Part shown: positions 1 to 13,075 of the stretch, piece by piece
How the letters are laid out: every line of letters starts with the position of its first letter
How positions within the stretch are numbered: the stretch's first letter is position 1
Assembly (NCBI GenBank): GCA_964016885.1
Contig: OZ024740.1
Span: 330,336,001-330,400,000 of the forward strand
Direction of reading: 5' to 3'
DNA: 64,000 nt
Source: Eledone cirrhosa
Taxonomy: Eukaryota
Program-made: the position numbers and the translations under genes
The notes under the pieces: model-generated
Told to the model about the DNA's origin: nothing
The model's database searches: none
The model's input: only the letters and a program-made list of their open reading frames with translations

Positions 1-766
1 TGACCGTCCGCTCCCGATTGCACGGGTACTTAAAGAATGGTACATACTTCCAAATCATAAGCAAGTGTAGTGCAGATGGTTTCATATCTCTTCTGACCTT
101 ATCATTTCATGCTTCTGTCACAACCAATTTTCAGCACGGACGTAAGCCACATGATTCCGCCTAGCTCATATCCCTCATCTCTCCCTCAACTATAAAATCT
201 GCCGTTTTATTTCCAAAACACCATTCTCACAAAGGACCTTCCAATATCCACCAATACTTCATTTGCACATCCATCAACCTTGCCTATGCTCTTCGGTGTT
301 CCTAATATCACAACGTTACAACTACCTCAAATAACCCATCACTAGGATAAGTATAATTAAATGCTCACTCACACACATTACTAAGTTTTGCAAGCACAAC
401 GTAAGACACTAACAATAAGATTAATAAAATAAACACAAAATTAACAAAATACGTATTATATGTTCATTGAAGTTGAACACCTAAGCTGCTTGTCACATAG
501 TAAGCAGTAGTTCATGTGGCGACGATCATTTTAATTAGATGACATCGGTCTCGTAAACATCAGTGGCATCGCAGATGATCGATCATTAATTTGGAAATAG
601 GTTGGCAAAACTTCTCCAGATAGTGGAGAAATATATGAGTATGGAGGTGTGGCGAGCTACATATATTCTAGCCATTAAAAAAAAAGCTAAATGCTTCAGT
701 TTTTTTAGAGGCATGGCTCAAGAAAATGTAGAGTCTATGGGCGTGCAGGAGAGATTATGTATTCGC

Positions 767-805
<39 letters not shown>

Positions 806-812
806 ATTATTA

Positions 813-1010
813 GGGCGGTGGATTGGCAGTATCGGTAGAGGGTCGGACGCCATGCTTTGACGTATAGAGTTACGACCCTTGTCATTCTGAGTTCAAATCC
901 CGCCGAGGTAAACTTTGCCTTTCATTCTTACGGGGTCGATAAAATAAAGTACCAGTAATGTACTGGTTAATTGTGGCCTTGTGCCAAAAGTAGAAACAAT
1001 TATTATTATT
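813..1010 (+). mobile_element. tRNA-derived SINE with Meta-like central domain
   Basis: A-box-like TGGCAGTATCGG, B-box GTTCAAATCC, central GCCTTTCATTCTTACGGGGTCGATAAAATAAAGTACCAG. Flanked by (TTA)n on both sides. Homologous copies at 3601-3703 and 44075-44262. Confidence 0.85.
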
Positions 1011-1919
1011 AATATTTTTTTTATTTTTATATAGTTCTTTATCCTGAAAAACTATACTGAAATGTATTCTACTTAAAAGAACGCAGTTTCTTTTGTATAT
1101 AGTAGATTATATATTATTAAATTGATCCTTCATTGTGCAGGACAGTACTTAATGATTTGATGAATTATGTTAGCAATTTCAAAAGGATGACGTCACTGCT
1201 TTAGGCTGAAAATATTCTACTCTTCTTTCTTGATGTGGTTTCTATTTAGTGAATAGCAAAGCAGCAGTTATAACTGTGTTTGAGCATGACAAAGAGGCAA
1301 AGGCATCGCCGTGAGTAATTGGCAGCAACACCAGCTGTAAAAAGCATCCCATCTCACGCGGCTCCTTCCTCAAATGGTATGCTGCCATTCCAATTGTTCC
1401 GCCTAGTAATGTAATTTATCATATTTTCAATTATTTTCTTATATTTTATTTCATATTAATTCAATTTAGAATCAGAAGTTGCAATCAGGAGATGCGAATG
1501 TTTGATGTCCTCTAGAAAAAATATAGGTGTTTCCTTTTCATGAAACATTTATATAGCCTGATCTGTGAAAATTAATCAAATTTTTGAAATTCAGAAGTAA
1601 ATTCAATTCCTGGGATATTATTGAGAAACATATTTGCATCGCGATAAAGCATTTTGAAGGGAATTGCAATAAATACTTGAAATAATTCGTGGCACATTGA
1701 AATAAATTCATAGAGGTATAAATAGAAATCTTATATAAATCATAACCGAATCGATTTTGATTTTAGAATCCTGGTCGGGTTTGGCGCTCAATATTAAAAG
1801 AACCAAAGGAAGCTAATAATAAGCAATGCCATCTGAAAGAATATTTTTCAGACAATCATGTAAAAAAACCTTGCAATCATGAACATCAACACAATCATTC
1901 TCATCCTAATCTCCGTTAT

Positions 1920-2011
<92 letters not shown>

Positions 2012-2035
2012 ATGTGTGTGTGTGCATGTGTGTAC
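1920..2035. repeat. compound (CA)n(TA)n(TG)n microsatellite
   Basis: Direct reading. Confidence 0.95.
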
Positions 2036-3529
2036 ATATATATATTTATTTATTTATTTATATGCATATACTGACAGAAAGTAAAAAAGACGAATAACTT
2101 TCCCAAAATATACAAGATTTATTGCGCATCAACATTAATTGCGAACTTCGAAGACGCAAAACATAATTCAATGCGTTGGAAGCATAAATATAAAGAGATG
2201 CAGCAAATAAAAGAGAAATAAAACAAGGAAATTGTGCAGAAGATGCGCATAAAATAAATAAAATTCTGAAAATAAAATATGTATTTGTGCATCAAGATGA
2301 GAATTCTAACCTTTCACGTCAGGCCACTAAAATGAATCTACGTTTGCTCTTTTAGCAATGGACGCAGAGTAACGTAGCAACTAAGTCAAACCAGTCAGTA
2401 CGCCTACAATATTTACTATACAATGAAGGAAGGTAAAGTTCAAGGGAAATAGATTTATTTCCAAGCTAGCGATAATAACATCATCATTAACATAATATTT
2501 TTATGATACCTGTCGAAATCAGTAATAAAATAAGCCACAAAAAATATCCAGACGCAAATATCGGGAAATTCTATAGATTTTGATTGATATAAAATGAAAT
2601 GTATATTTTGTTCAAAACAAAATGTAAAATATAATTACACACTGCCATATAAAATCCTTTATAAAATCAATGACATGAGAGCAAAGAAAATTACTGACAA
2701 CAATGTGAGCAAAAGAAAACTTCAGTACTTGTTCCGTAGATTATTTCTCCACCCCGAAAAGAGTTGACCAATCGGTTTATATATATATATAAGTTGATGT
2801 ATGGAAGCCTCGACAATGCGTAATAGACGAAGAAAATATGTTGAAGCAAGATGGTTTGTGTACATTATTTATTCATCTGATATTTCGAGATAAATCTCTT
2901 TTTCGGATGGAAATAGAAAGGGACTAGTCTGGGAATTGCGAAACGCGAAAGGTCATGAAAATATATGAGGGAGGAGGGAGGTATGAATATATATCTATCC
3001 CTCTCTAATTATATTAGAGGTTTTGCGGGGTCAATAGTGCACAGATTTATTTCCTTTTAAATCTACTTATATATATATACCCACGCGCAGGCACAAATGT
3101 ACATGCATACATGTGTGTACATATAAGGACGCACACAAATACGCATATATGCATACATATACCCATAAAATCACATACATACACATAAACACGTTCTCAC
3201 AGATAAATAAACTGAACATGTAATGACTTTTATATATGCAGCACCAACCGACACCTATACATCAGAATTAAATATCACCTCAATACAAATGTTTCCGCAT
3301 TAAAAAAAACACTTGGAAAAAATGTAAAACCAGAGACAACAATATTGTGGTCACGGTAGAAGCCAGACAGAAATGTATGCAATTTAAGAATAAAAAAACG
3401 TGTTAATAATAGCAAAAACACATTCGCAGATTGATAATAGACTAGAATTAAGCACGCAATACTTAACAATTTTACTAGTACCTGATATATGTTATATCTT
3501 CTTATTCGATTTCAAGTAAACCACTAACG

Positions 3530-3600
3530 TGCCTGATTATTCTCTATATGCCGGTCCTTGTGACCAATAAATTTATTATTATTATTATTATTACTATTAT
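3530..3600 (+). mobile_element. 3' tail remnant of a Tx1-like LINE
   Basis: CTATATGCCGGTCCTTGTGACCAATAAA+(TTA)n matches the 3' end of copy C (CTATATGTCGGCCCTTGTGGCCAATAAA near 29078-29104). Confidence 0.6.
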
Positions 3601-3703
3601 GACTTTGCCTTTCATCCTTACGGGGTCGATAAAATAAAGTACCAGTAATACACTGGATAATTGCTGGCCTTGTGCCTAAAGTAGAAACAATTATTATTAT
3701 TAT
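3601..3703 (+). mobile_element. 5'-truncated copy of the Meta-like SINE
   Basis: Near-identical to 913-1010 and bounded by (TTA)n. Confidence 0.85.
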
Positions 3704-6670
3704 TCATTGAGTCTCAGTCATTGATGTTAGTTAACTGGAAAGTTTGTTGAAATGAATATCAAGCCACTACCTGCAGCGTCAGATATTCAGGACGTATCGG
3801 AGAGTGCTTGCTGTTCCCAGCAAGCATGCCTTTTGAAAAGTTCCAAGAAGCGGGGCTGCGCCAGTTTTCTTTAACCATCTCTGGAAACTTTTTGAGATAG
3901 TACCTAGTGCGCCTATGACAATCGGGACCAGTTTGATTTCATGGCAGTTCCAAATCATTTTTACCTCTCACTTTAAGTACTGGTATCGGTTAATGTTCTC
4001 CCTCTCCTTCTCTTGCACTCTCGTGTCGAATGGGCAGGCCACAACCACAATCAGGCACGATTCTTTTTCCTTGTCCAAAACCACCAGGTCAGGTCTATTG
4101 TGTTCCAGATTCCTGTCCGTCTGTATCCTAAAATACCACAGCACCTTCACCTGATCGTTTTCTATCACCGACTCTGGCTTATGCTCATACCACTTCTCAG
4201 AATGTGGTAAATTGTTTACTTTGCACAGGTGCCAGTGGACCACCCTGCCCATCACATCATGTCTCCAGCCCTTATAGTGAGTCTGGGCTAGGTGTTTACA
4301 CTCGGATACAATGTGAACCACAGTCTCCTCCCTCTCTCCACAGATCCTGCACAGTGGGCTAGCCTCCTCCTTGTAAATATGGTGTTTCAGCCACTTCGTT
4401 TTGAGGGCCTGCTCCTGCGCAGCCATTAGCATTCCTTCTGTAGCCTTTTTAAGGTCTCCTCTTCTCAACCAGTTCCATGTCTGTGAATCTCTGAATTCCG
4501 TTTTCTCAAAGAAGGTACTATGAAGGGATTTTTTATGAAGGTTGCTCTTTCTCCTCGTTGTTATTTCCTCCTTGGACATCCCATGGTCTATTGTCCTCTC
4601 CTTCAGTACAATTCTGAGCATTGGCTCCTTACTATCGGTGACGTATTTGTGTAGGTTGTTTTTCTCCATCTGAACACAGTCCTCTATGCTGATAAGACCT
4701 CTTCCACCTTCAGATCTCCTTAAGTAGAGTCTATCGACATCACTCCTCTGGTGGAATATCTTGTAGATAGTCAATAGCTTCCTAGTCTTCCTATCCATTT
4801 CTTTTTGTTCAGCAACATTCCATCTCAGAATTCCCGCATGTCAAATGCCTTTTCGTAGTCTATCCATCCCATGGCAAGACCAGTGTGTATCCTCTTGCAA
4901 TTCCTCATTACCATCTTATCAATAAGTAACTGGTTCTTTGTACCACGTGACTTCTTTCGGCATCCTTTCTGTTCGTCCGGTAACAAGTTGTTTGTGTGGA
5001 GGTGATGGTAGATTTGCTCAGACACAATGCTTATCAACAGTTTCCACATTACGGACAGACATGTGATAGGTCTATAGTTGTTTACATCATCACCCTTGAT
5101 TCCGTCTTTCATTACCAGAACTGTGGTGCCTATTGTCAACCACTCTGGTACCTCACCTGACATCAACCAGTCATTGAACATGGTTGTCAGTTTCGAGTGT
5201 AGGGATGTTACATTTTTAATCCAATACCCCTGCACACCATCTGGGCCTGGTGATTTCCAGTTGGTTAGTTTTTTGGCCTGCCCCTTAAGAGTTTCAACTG
5301 TGATACTCAAATCAGTTTGTTGGTGTGCCTGTTCACTAATCTCCTTTTGTACTGTCTCAATCGACGCTGCCTTGTCATTATGTTTAACATCCTGCTCCCA
5401 TATTCCTCTCCAGAATGTCTTAGTTTGTTCCGCCTCAGGGATCAAGTCGTTGCCTCTTTCTTTCCCTTCAAGCTGTCCAAACAACATCTTCTGGTTGTTG
5501 TCAAACATGCGGTTCTGTCTATACTGACTCACTCTGCTCTCGTATCGCCTAATTTTTGCACTCTTTGCTACAATGCGTTGCTTCAGTTCCTCTATGATAA
5601 TATTAAGACTTTTCCTCCTAGTTTTGTACTTTACTCCCAGTCTATTTTAGTGTCTATGTTTTTTTAGTGTCCCATTCAGTAGACTCTCAAGCTTTACAAT
5701 GTCATTTCTCATTTCCCTGATTTGACCACTCAGTCGTTTCCGCCACCAAGGCTCTGATCTTTCTTGTTTGTTGTTTCCTCTTGCTTTTATGCCAAGTAAT
5801 TTCCTCACCGTATTTGCTGTTGCTTTGAGGATATTGTTGCTATGGTGAAGGCTCGTCGGTATGGCTCGAAGGTATGGGATGACTTTGTTTACCTTAGCTG
5901 TTGTTTCTTTTAACTTTTTCCTGTCTACAAATCTTAGGTTCATAGGTTTCCCACTATCATTGTTCATTTCATCTACCACTAAGTTTAGGATATCAACCAA
6001 CTCTTGTCCTAGCCCGTCAGCATTCATCTCCTCAATGGCCGTATCTTTGTTCCAGGTATTATTTATTTCAGCATACAGATCATTGTCTGCTTCGGATGGT
6101 TCCTCCGTTCTCTCAACCTCTTCACCTTCATTTCCCACTGGCTCATTTGCCTGGCATACTCCACTCTCCATTTCCAACCTAAATCTCTCTGCTCAGTCCC
6201 TCCAGTTCCAGCTCGCTTATCCACACGTTTGTTCTTATTACCCGAGCTTGCCCGGCCAAATTTTGTTCATCTAATTTAAATAGACCAATCTCGTTCCAGA
6301 TGTTATGCATCCGTTTCCTATAGCCTTTTTCCTTCGGGTTACTTTTCAGGTAACATTGCATAACAGTTCTATTCAATTCTTTCGTCCAGTTGGTTCTGGC
6401 CCCTTTCCTTCTTCTTCCTCCGTCACCAGCAGTATTTGGTTGACAGCCAGGTCCCTGCTGCTGAGCCAGGGAGCACCTGCTGGGTGAGCGTCTGTCACAT
6501 GAAATTCCAGTCTCCACTTCACCGTTATTCGAACTGTTTAGGTTCGACATTGAAACACTCTTATCGAGGATTGGTGAATGTTTGTAGTGTTGGTGAAATT
6601 GCTGTTATTTGGCTGTTCTATATAGTGTAGACAGAGGGGTTTTCTTCCATTTATAACCATTTACCTTTTT
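3704..6670 (-). mobile_element. R4/Dong-clade RLE non-LTR retrotransposon, copy 1 (internally deleted)
   Basis: Fragments encode N-terminal RT motifs (KSPGPDG, NYRPITCL, WIDYEKAFD), CCHC finger (CRICGEREETVVHIVSEC) and RLE motif (HNRPDLV...ACPFD). The 3' end abuts (TAA)n on its own strand. Lacks about 650 bp of RT core and about 1.1 kb of leader present in copy 3. Confidence 0.9.
3779..6550 (-). pseudogene. disrupted RT-CCHC-RLE ORF of Dong copy 1
   Basis: ORF pieces 6179-6550, 5647-6177, 4825-5532 and 3968-4798 are collinear with copy 3, with frameshifts and a deletion at 4837-4838. Confidence 0.88.
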
Positions 6671-6674
6671 GAAT

Positions 6675-9600
6675 TCAAAACGCCACAGTAGACGTATTTT
6701 TCGCCCCCCCCCCCCCCCCCCCAGGAAACAAAGTCTCACTCTTTGGAAATCCTGAACAGTGAGGTGATAGTCTTGGTGCCCTCCTACTGCGGGCTGAAAA
6801 TTGTGAGGGTCAAAGTGACCCAGGTCCCACCCGACGTGCCCTTACCTTGGCTGGCCGCGTCTGTCCTTCCTGGAATCGAGAACATGACGACCATGCTGCA
6901 AGTAGAAAAATAGGGAGGGAGAACTGGTCAGGGATAGGCATGCAAATGCTTATATAAACTGACCAGGAATGTATCGACGCTATCCCCGATATCATAGACA
7001 TCGAGGAAGGCCTCTATATCCCTATAAGTGTAGAAGCAAGACGGCCAAAATCTTATCTCTGTGGGTCGAAGGGTCACCTCAGGGCCTTTAACCCGCAGAA
7101 AACAGCGAAGAAGAAGGCCCCTCTCCTTCCAGTACCTGGTCCGCTGCTACCAAGAGCAAGGCAGGCAACAAACGCAGGAGCCCCTTCCACGGTGAGTAGG
7201 AGGGCAACGACCGTAGAACCTGTACCAAGGCCACGGGCAACTAAAGCAACATCATCAGTGGCGGCAACACCAGTAGCTACATTTGAAGTAGCTACACCAG
7301 CAACAAAATTGCCAAAGAGGGCTCCACTACCACCACCAACAGCCGTGGAGCACATACCCCTCCCAGACCCCACAGAATCCGACATGGAGTTTTAGGCGGG
7401 AGGGAAGTGGCAACCGGTTTGCCACAAAAATAAAGAAAAACAAAAAAACCTTAGATTCACCCTCCAAAAGCGAAGGCATACAAAGAGGGGCAAAGGCAGC
7501 AAGGAAGCTTGCAGTAACACCACCACCATCACCACCACAAGCACCACTGACAACAACAACCACACCACCACCAGCATCACCAAAAACACCAACAGCGCAA
7601 ACACAAAAAGACACACACACCAAACAGCAACAAGAAGAAAACAGCAACAAAATCACCCCTCCCCCCAAAAGGTACATAGCCATAAACATGCAAAAAAAGA
7701 ACTCATACAATATACAAAGCAGCACACAGACATCACAAAAAAAAAACTACTACACGCCACCAACCCCAAGAACTCTCCCGACAAACATAAGCATAATCGA
7801 AATCTCAATAGAACAGTACAAATCTTTAAACCAAAAATTCCCCAACGTAGTTGGAGACTCCAGAGGTTCGGTTACCAAGAGGATATACACTGACATTCTC
7901 TTGGAAACACCCATGACCAGCGAAAGGGACCGTTCTACTGTCCCTTCACCATACGATCAAGGTAAGTGACCCTTTCTCACTTGCCCCGTTTCTCGTCCAA
8001 CATGGCCGTACTCAGAATAGGCAGTATAAATTTACGTGGCCTGGGGTCATCTTGGAAGCAGAGTCACCTGCTCAACGACCTCAGGTCACTAAACATAGAT
8101 GTGGTGGCCATCAGTGAAACCAGAATCTCCGAAGCACACGCCTTCGCACCGATCTTCGGCGGCTACGATGAATACGCATATCCCAGCCGTCCAGGTTCGG
8201 GGGGAGGGGTTGCCGTCTTTTTTCGGAGAGGCTTGGATCTCGCGATACGGGCCATCTTCCTAGACCCAGAAGCTAAGTCGGTGGTGCTGGACGTGACCGG
8301 CAGCGAAGACAATGCTTTCAGGCTACTAGCCGTCTACGCCCCAACAGGGGCAGGACGGCCAGATTTATTCAGACGTCTAGAGACCTTTCTTGGAACGTGC
8401 CGCACTTTAGTGTTAGTGGGCGACTGGAACGGTATCTTGGCTGCACACTGGGATTGTGTAGGGCTAGTGGATAGGGGAGGAGGGTCAAGAGCCTCACCAA
8501 CCTGCTCAGATGTTTTGAACTGTCTGACAGGTATCGACTGGATCACCTGAATGTGCCAATGCGGACAAGGACAAACTGCATCGGGTCATCCAGATTGTAT
8601 CTCGATAGGGTATTCTGCAGAGAAATAGATAAGGCTAGTATAAGTCGTCAACAATTTAAAATAGTCGACTACACAGATCACAAATTTGTGATCTGTGAGA
8701 TCGACATAGACAGACTTCATAGACAAGGGCCTGGTTACTGGAAGCTGAACGCGTCTTTCTCGGCGCGCAAAGCCTACAGACACCGGATTAGCGTATTAAT
8801 TAAGCGGTCGTTGACGGGAGCGGTCGTCAACAACAGGTGGTGGTTCACCCTGAAAAGGGCAATTAAAGTAGAGTCAATTAGGTTTAGCAAAGGAGTAGTG
8901 ATAGAGGAAAATAGAGTAGAGGGAGAGGTAGTCAGAAAGCTAGAAGAGGCGTTTAGGACAGGCATCGCAACCGACGTGCTTGCGGCGAGATTGGCACTCG
9001 ACCAATTCTTCAACGCAAAACACGAAGGCTGCGTTGTCAGAGCTAGAGCGCGTGCTCTGAAACACAACGGGACAAAAGCAGTCCAATGGGCCCGGGTGGC
9101 AGAGGCCCGACGTGGCAAATAAGCCACAATTCGGTCTTTGTCTGACCAAAACGGGTGCGTGATGCTCGAACCCGAGCGGATGTGTGAAGCTTTTCAGCAG
9201 CACTTTGCTGAACTGTTCGGGAACGGCGACGGCCCGGATCGGGGCATGGACTTCAGTGCATACCTCGACGGACTGCCTCGGCTCTCGACGACCGCAGCAC
9301 GGTGTTGCAAAAAGCCAATAACAGCCGGTGAAATACGGGAAGCGATGACTAACTGCACAAGGGGTAAATCGCCAGGTTTGGATGGTCTGCCCTACGAGCT
9401 TTATGCATTTATGCGAGACTTGGTCGGTGATCTCTTGGCAGACGTCTACTGCAACTGGCAGCAAAACGGGAGCATTCCCAGTTTTGTGAGCCGGGGAGCA
9501 GTGGCGCTGCTGAGAAAAGACCCGAACAAGGGGAATGTTATCGATAATTTCAGGCCCATAACCCTGCTAAACGAAGAGTTCAAGATTTTGGCCAAGGTGT

Positions 9601-11740
9601 TAGCAACGAGGTTGGCGCTTGTCGTCAAGTGTCTGGTGGGAGAGGCGCAGACATGCGCCATTCCGGACAGATCCATACACGACAACCTCCACCTCATGCG
9701 ATACATCATAGAGAGGGTGGTTAAGGAACCTGGCACGGGTGGCGCCATGATCAATTTGGATCAATCCAAAGCATTCGATAGGGTCGAACATCGGTACCTG
9801 GCGGCGGTCCTCGAGGCAGCCGGTTTCGGGCCCGTTTTAAGGGGTTGGATCGCAGCAACGTACAGCGACATCTGCTCAGTTGTGAGGGTGAACGGTCACC
9901 TGTCGTAGCCGTTCCACATCATGCGGTCAGTCCCCCAGGTTTGTCCCCTCTCGTCCCTCTTGTACGTATTGGCTCTTGAGCCGTTACTGCACAAACTGGG
10001 GGCGATGAGGGGCGTCCCACGCGAACTAGAATGTGGGAAATCCGAGTCGACTTACGCTCACGACGTCACCGTGGTGGTGTCGATAACCAGACACGTCCAG
10101 ATGCTCGGCACCGTTCTCAAGGAATACGAAGCGGTGACAGGAGCAAAGATAAAACAGGAAAAGTCGGTGGCCTTGCAGTTCGGCACCTGGAGAGGCAAGT
10201 CCATGCCGTCCGACAGCGTCGTGGGGCGTTGGACAGACGGACTGATTAAATTGCTCGGAGTCTGGTTAGGACGGGACCTCCAGATGGAGAAAAACTGGAA
10301 CGGGGTGACGAGCAGGTTGGCCTCCCTCACCCAGAAATGGGCCGAGAGAAAGCTGTCCCTGAAAGGCCTGGCGGAGGTGGCGAATGCGTACATCACATCC
10401 GTCATCTGCTACCGCCTCGCCGTCGTCCCTTGCTCCAGCCTAACTCACACCAAAATGGAGCGCCTCCTCTTCCGCTTTTTGTGGAAGGGACGCGCTCCCA
10501 TGGTCAGACGATCCATCTGCTGTCAACACCCGTTGCGTGGAGGACTGGGCATGCCATGGCTGATGATGTGCAAACATGCGCAGAGGCTGCGACATCTCTG
10601 GCGCTTCCTTGATGGTGAACAGGTGTGGTCGCCGTTCGCGAGGCACATTTTCCCACATTTCGTCTCCTTGACAGAGCTGCAGTCCTGAGTTAGACAAAGA
10701 CCGAGGGATAGCGCTTGGAAACTGGAATGTTTCCAGGCGCTGACTGCCCTCTGCCAGTTGGGCACCAGTATCGGTGGAACATCCACCTCGGCCTTCTATA
10801 GAGGACTAGTGGAGGGTAAGAGCGACGACACTACCGGAGAGATCCTGGGCATCGAAGAAGATCAGCTGTTTGCTCTCTTCCGGAGAACTTTCAGCTCGGG
10901 GCTTATGGATAACTTCCAAAAATTCCTGGCCTGGCAGTGCTACCGGGGAGCGCTGCCGGTTCGAGATAAGCTCTACAGGCATGGAAGTGCCGTCACCGAG
11001 CCTGTCCGAGATGCGCTGATAGCGACGAAACCGTCATGCACGCACTCGTTCAGTGCCTGAGCATTGCTGACTTGTGGAGCTATGTCGAACAGTTGCTGTC
11101 GCGTGTAGGACTGATCCGGTTGTCGACTGAGTCCATCGTGCAGATGGTCTCGGCGTCTTCTTTCGAGGAGGAAGGGCAGGTATTTTCATCTGCCTGGTGG
11201 CCATGGCGAAAGAGATTGTGTGGTGGACAAGGGTTAAAGACAGACACTTTCCTCTTCGGCGAATCCCTAATTAACTTTTTCAAGTTTCACTTGAAGAGGA
11301 AAATAAGGGCGGAGAGGCAAGTGCTGCCTTCTAGCAAGTTTGTTGAAAGGTGGGTGAATGTAGTGAGAATGGTTCGAGTGAACGGGACGGGACCACTCTA
11401 AATATACGTCTGTAGTTTGAGAAATGGAAACATTGAGAGAGAGCACTTGCCCTGGTGGTCAGGGTGGCCGTGTTCCTTTGTGTGGTTTTCGCCACGAATA
11501 ACCCTCGGAGGTTTCCCACTAATGGGGAATGTTTCATTGTTTCAATTTTCATTTTTATTGTTTATATATATGTTACTATGTCCTTTTTTTTTCTATTCTT
11601 ATATAAATAATAAAAATATTTACACGCACAAAATCCACATCGTACCGTCCTGTGGCGTCTTGTGCCGTCTGTAATGGTTTTCTTGATCTCAGCCCTTGTG
11701 GCCAATAAAGAAATCTATATTATTATTATTATTATTATTT
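6675..11740 (+). mobile_element. Tx1/L1-clade LINE, copy A (5'-truncated within ORF1)
   Basis: ORF1 remnant to 7969, ORF2 APE-RT pieces, and 3' UTR ending GCCCTTGTGGCCAATAAAGAAATC+(TTA)n. Confidence 0.92.
8002..11415 (+). pseudogene. disrupted ORF2 (APE endonuclease + RT + C-terminal Cys-rich domain), Tx1 copy A
   Basis: SINLRGL, ISET, VYAP, GDWN, LDR, TDH, GYWKLN, KSPGLDGLPYE, NFRPITLLN, DQSKAFDRV, degenerate YAHD. Multiple stops and frameshifts. Confidence 0.92.
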
Positions 11741-13055
11741 TTCTTTGAGTTTAGTCATTGATGTTAGTTAACTGGAAAGTTTGTTGAAAAGAATATCAAG
11801 CGACTACCTGCAGCCTCAGATATTCAGGACGTATCGGAGCGTTCTTGCTGTTCCCAGCAAGCATGCCTTTTGAAGCGTTCCAAAAAACGTGGCTGGGCCA
11901 ATTTTCTTTAAACATCCCTGGAAACGTTTTGAGATAGTACCTAGTGCGCCTATAACAATCGGGACCACTTTGACTTCATGGTAGTTCCAAATCCTTTTTA
12001 CCTCCCACATTAAATCCTGGTATCGGTTAATTTTCTACCTCTCCTTCTCTTGCACTCTCGTGTCGAATGGGCAGGCCACATCCACAATCAGGCACGATCT
12101 TTTTTCTTTGTCCAAAACCACCAGGTCAAGTCTATTGGGTTCCAGTCTCTTGTCCCTCTGTATCCTAAAATCCCACAGCACCTTCACCTGATCGTTTTCT
12201 ATCACCGACTCTGGCTTATGCTCATACCACTTCTCAGAATGTGGTAAATTGTTTACTTTACGTAGGTAACAGTGGATCACCCTGCCCATCACATCTTGTC
12301 TCCAGCCCTTATAGTGAGTCTGGGCTAGGTGTTTACACTCGGATACAATGTGAGCCACAGTCTCCTCTCTCTGTCCACAGATCCTGCACAGTGGGCTAGC
12401 CTCCGCCTTGTAAATATTGTGTTTCAACAACTTCGTTTTGAGGTCCTGCTCTTGCGCAGTCATTAGCATTCCTTCTGTAGCCTTTTTGAGTCTCCTCTTT
12501 TCAACCAGTTCCATGTCTGTGGATCTCTGAATTCAGTTTTCTCAAAGAAGGTACTATGAAGGGATTTTTCATGAAGGCTGCTCTTTCTCCTTGTTTAAAA
12601 TGTCCTCCTTTGACATCCCCTGGTCCTCTCCTTCAGTACGATTCTGAGCAATTGCTCCTTACTATCAGTCACGTATTTGTGTAGGCTGTTTTTCCCCATC
12701 TGAACACAGTCCTCTATGCTGATAAGACTTCTTCCAGCTTCAGATCTCCTTAAGTAGAGTCTATCGACATCACGCCTCTTGTGGAATATGTTGTAGATAG
12801 TCAGTAGCTGCCTAGTCTTCATATCCATTTCCTTTTGTTCAGCATCATTCCACTCAGAATTTCCGCACTGTACCTAATAATAGACACAGCTCGGGTAATT
12901 ACTGCACTTATGGCATTCCTACTGTTCAGATGTGACCTTAATACGCTCCTTACTCTCCGAATGCATTCAGATCTTATCAATTCCTTCATTTTTTTTGTTC
13001 TTGATGCCATCAGCCTCCAGAACACCCAAATACTTGTATCCTTGTTCAGTGTCAA
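11741..13055 (-). mobile_element. R4/Dong-clade element, copy 2 (5'-truncated)
   Basis: Same 3' end as copies 1 and 3, with CCHC and RLE fragments (12035-12514, 11816-12010). Truncated just upstream of YKYLG and bounded by (TTA)n on both sides. Confidence 0.9.
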
Positions 13056-13075
13056 TTATTATTATTATTATTATT

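Noticed and set aside
190-310. Minus-strand IGKVDGCANEVLVDIGRS resembling a Gypsy aspartic protease motif
   Set aside because: The catalytic DTG is altered, stops surround it and no other LTR-element domain is visible. Needs BLASTX.
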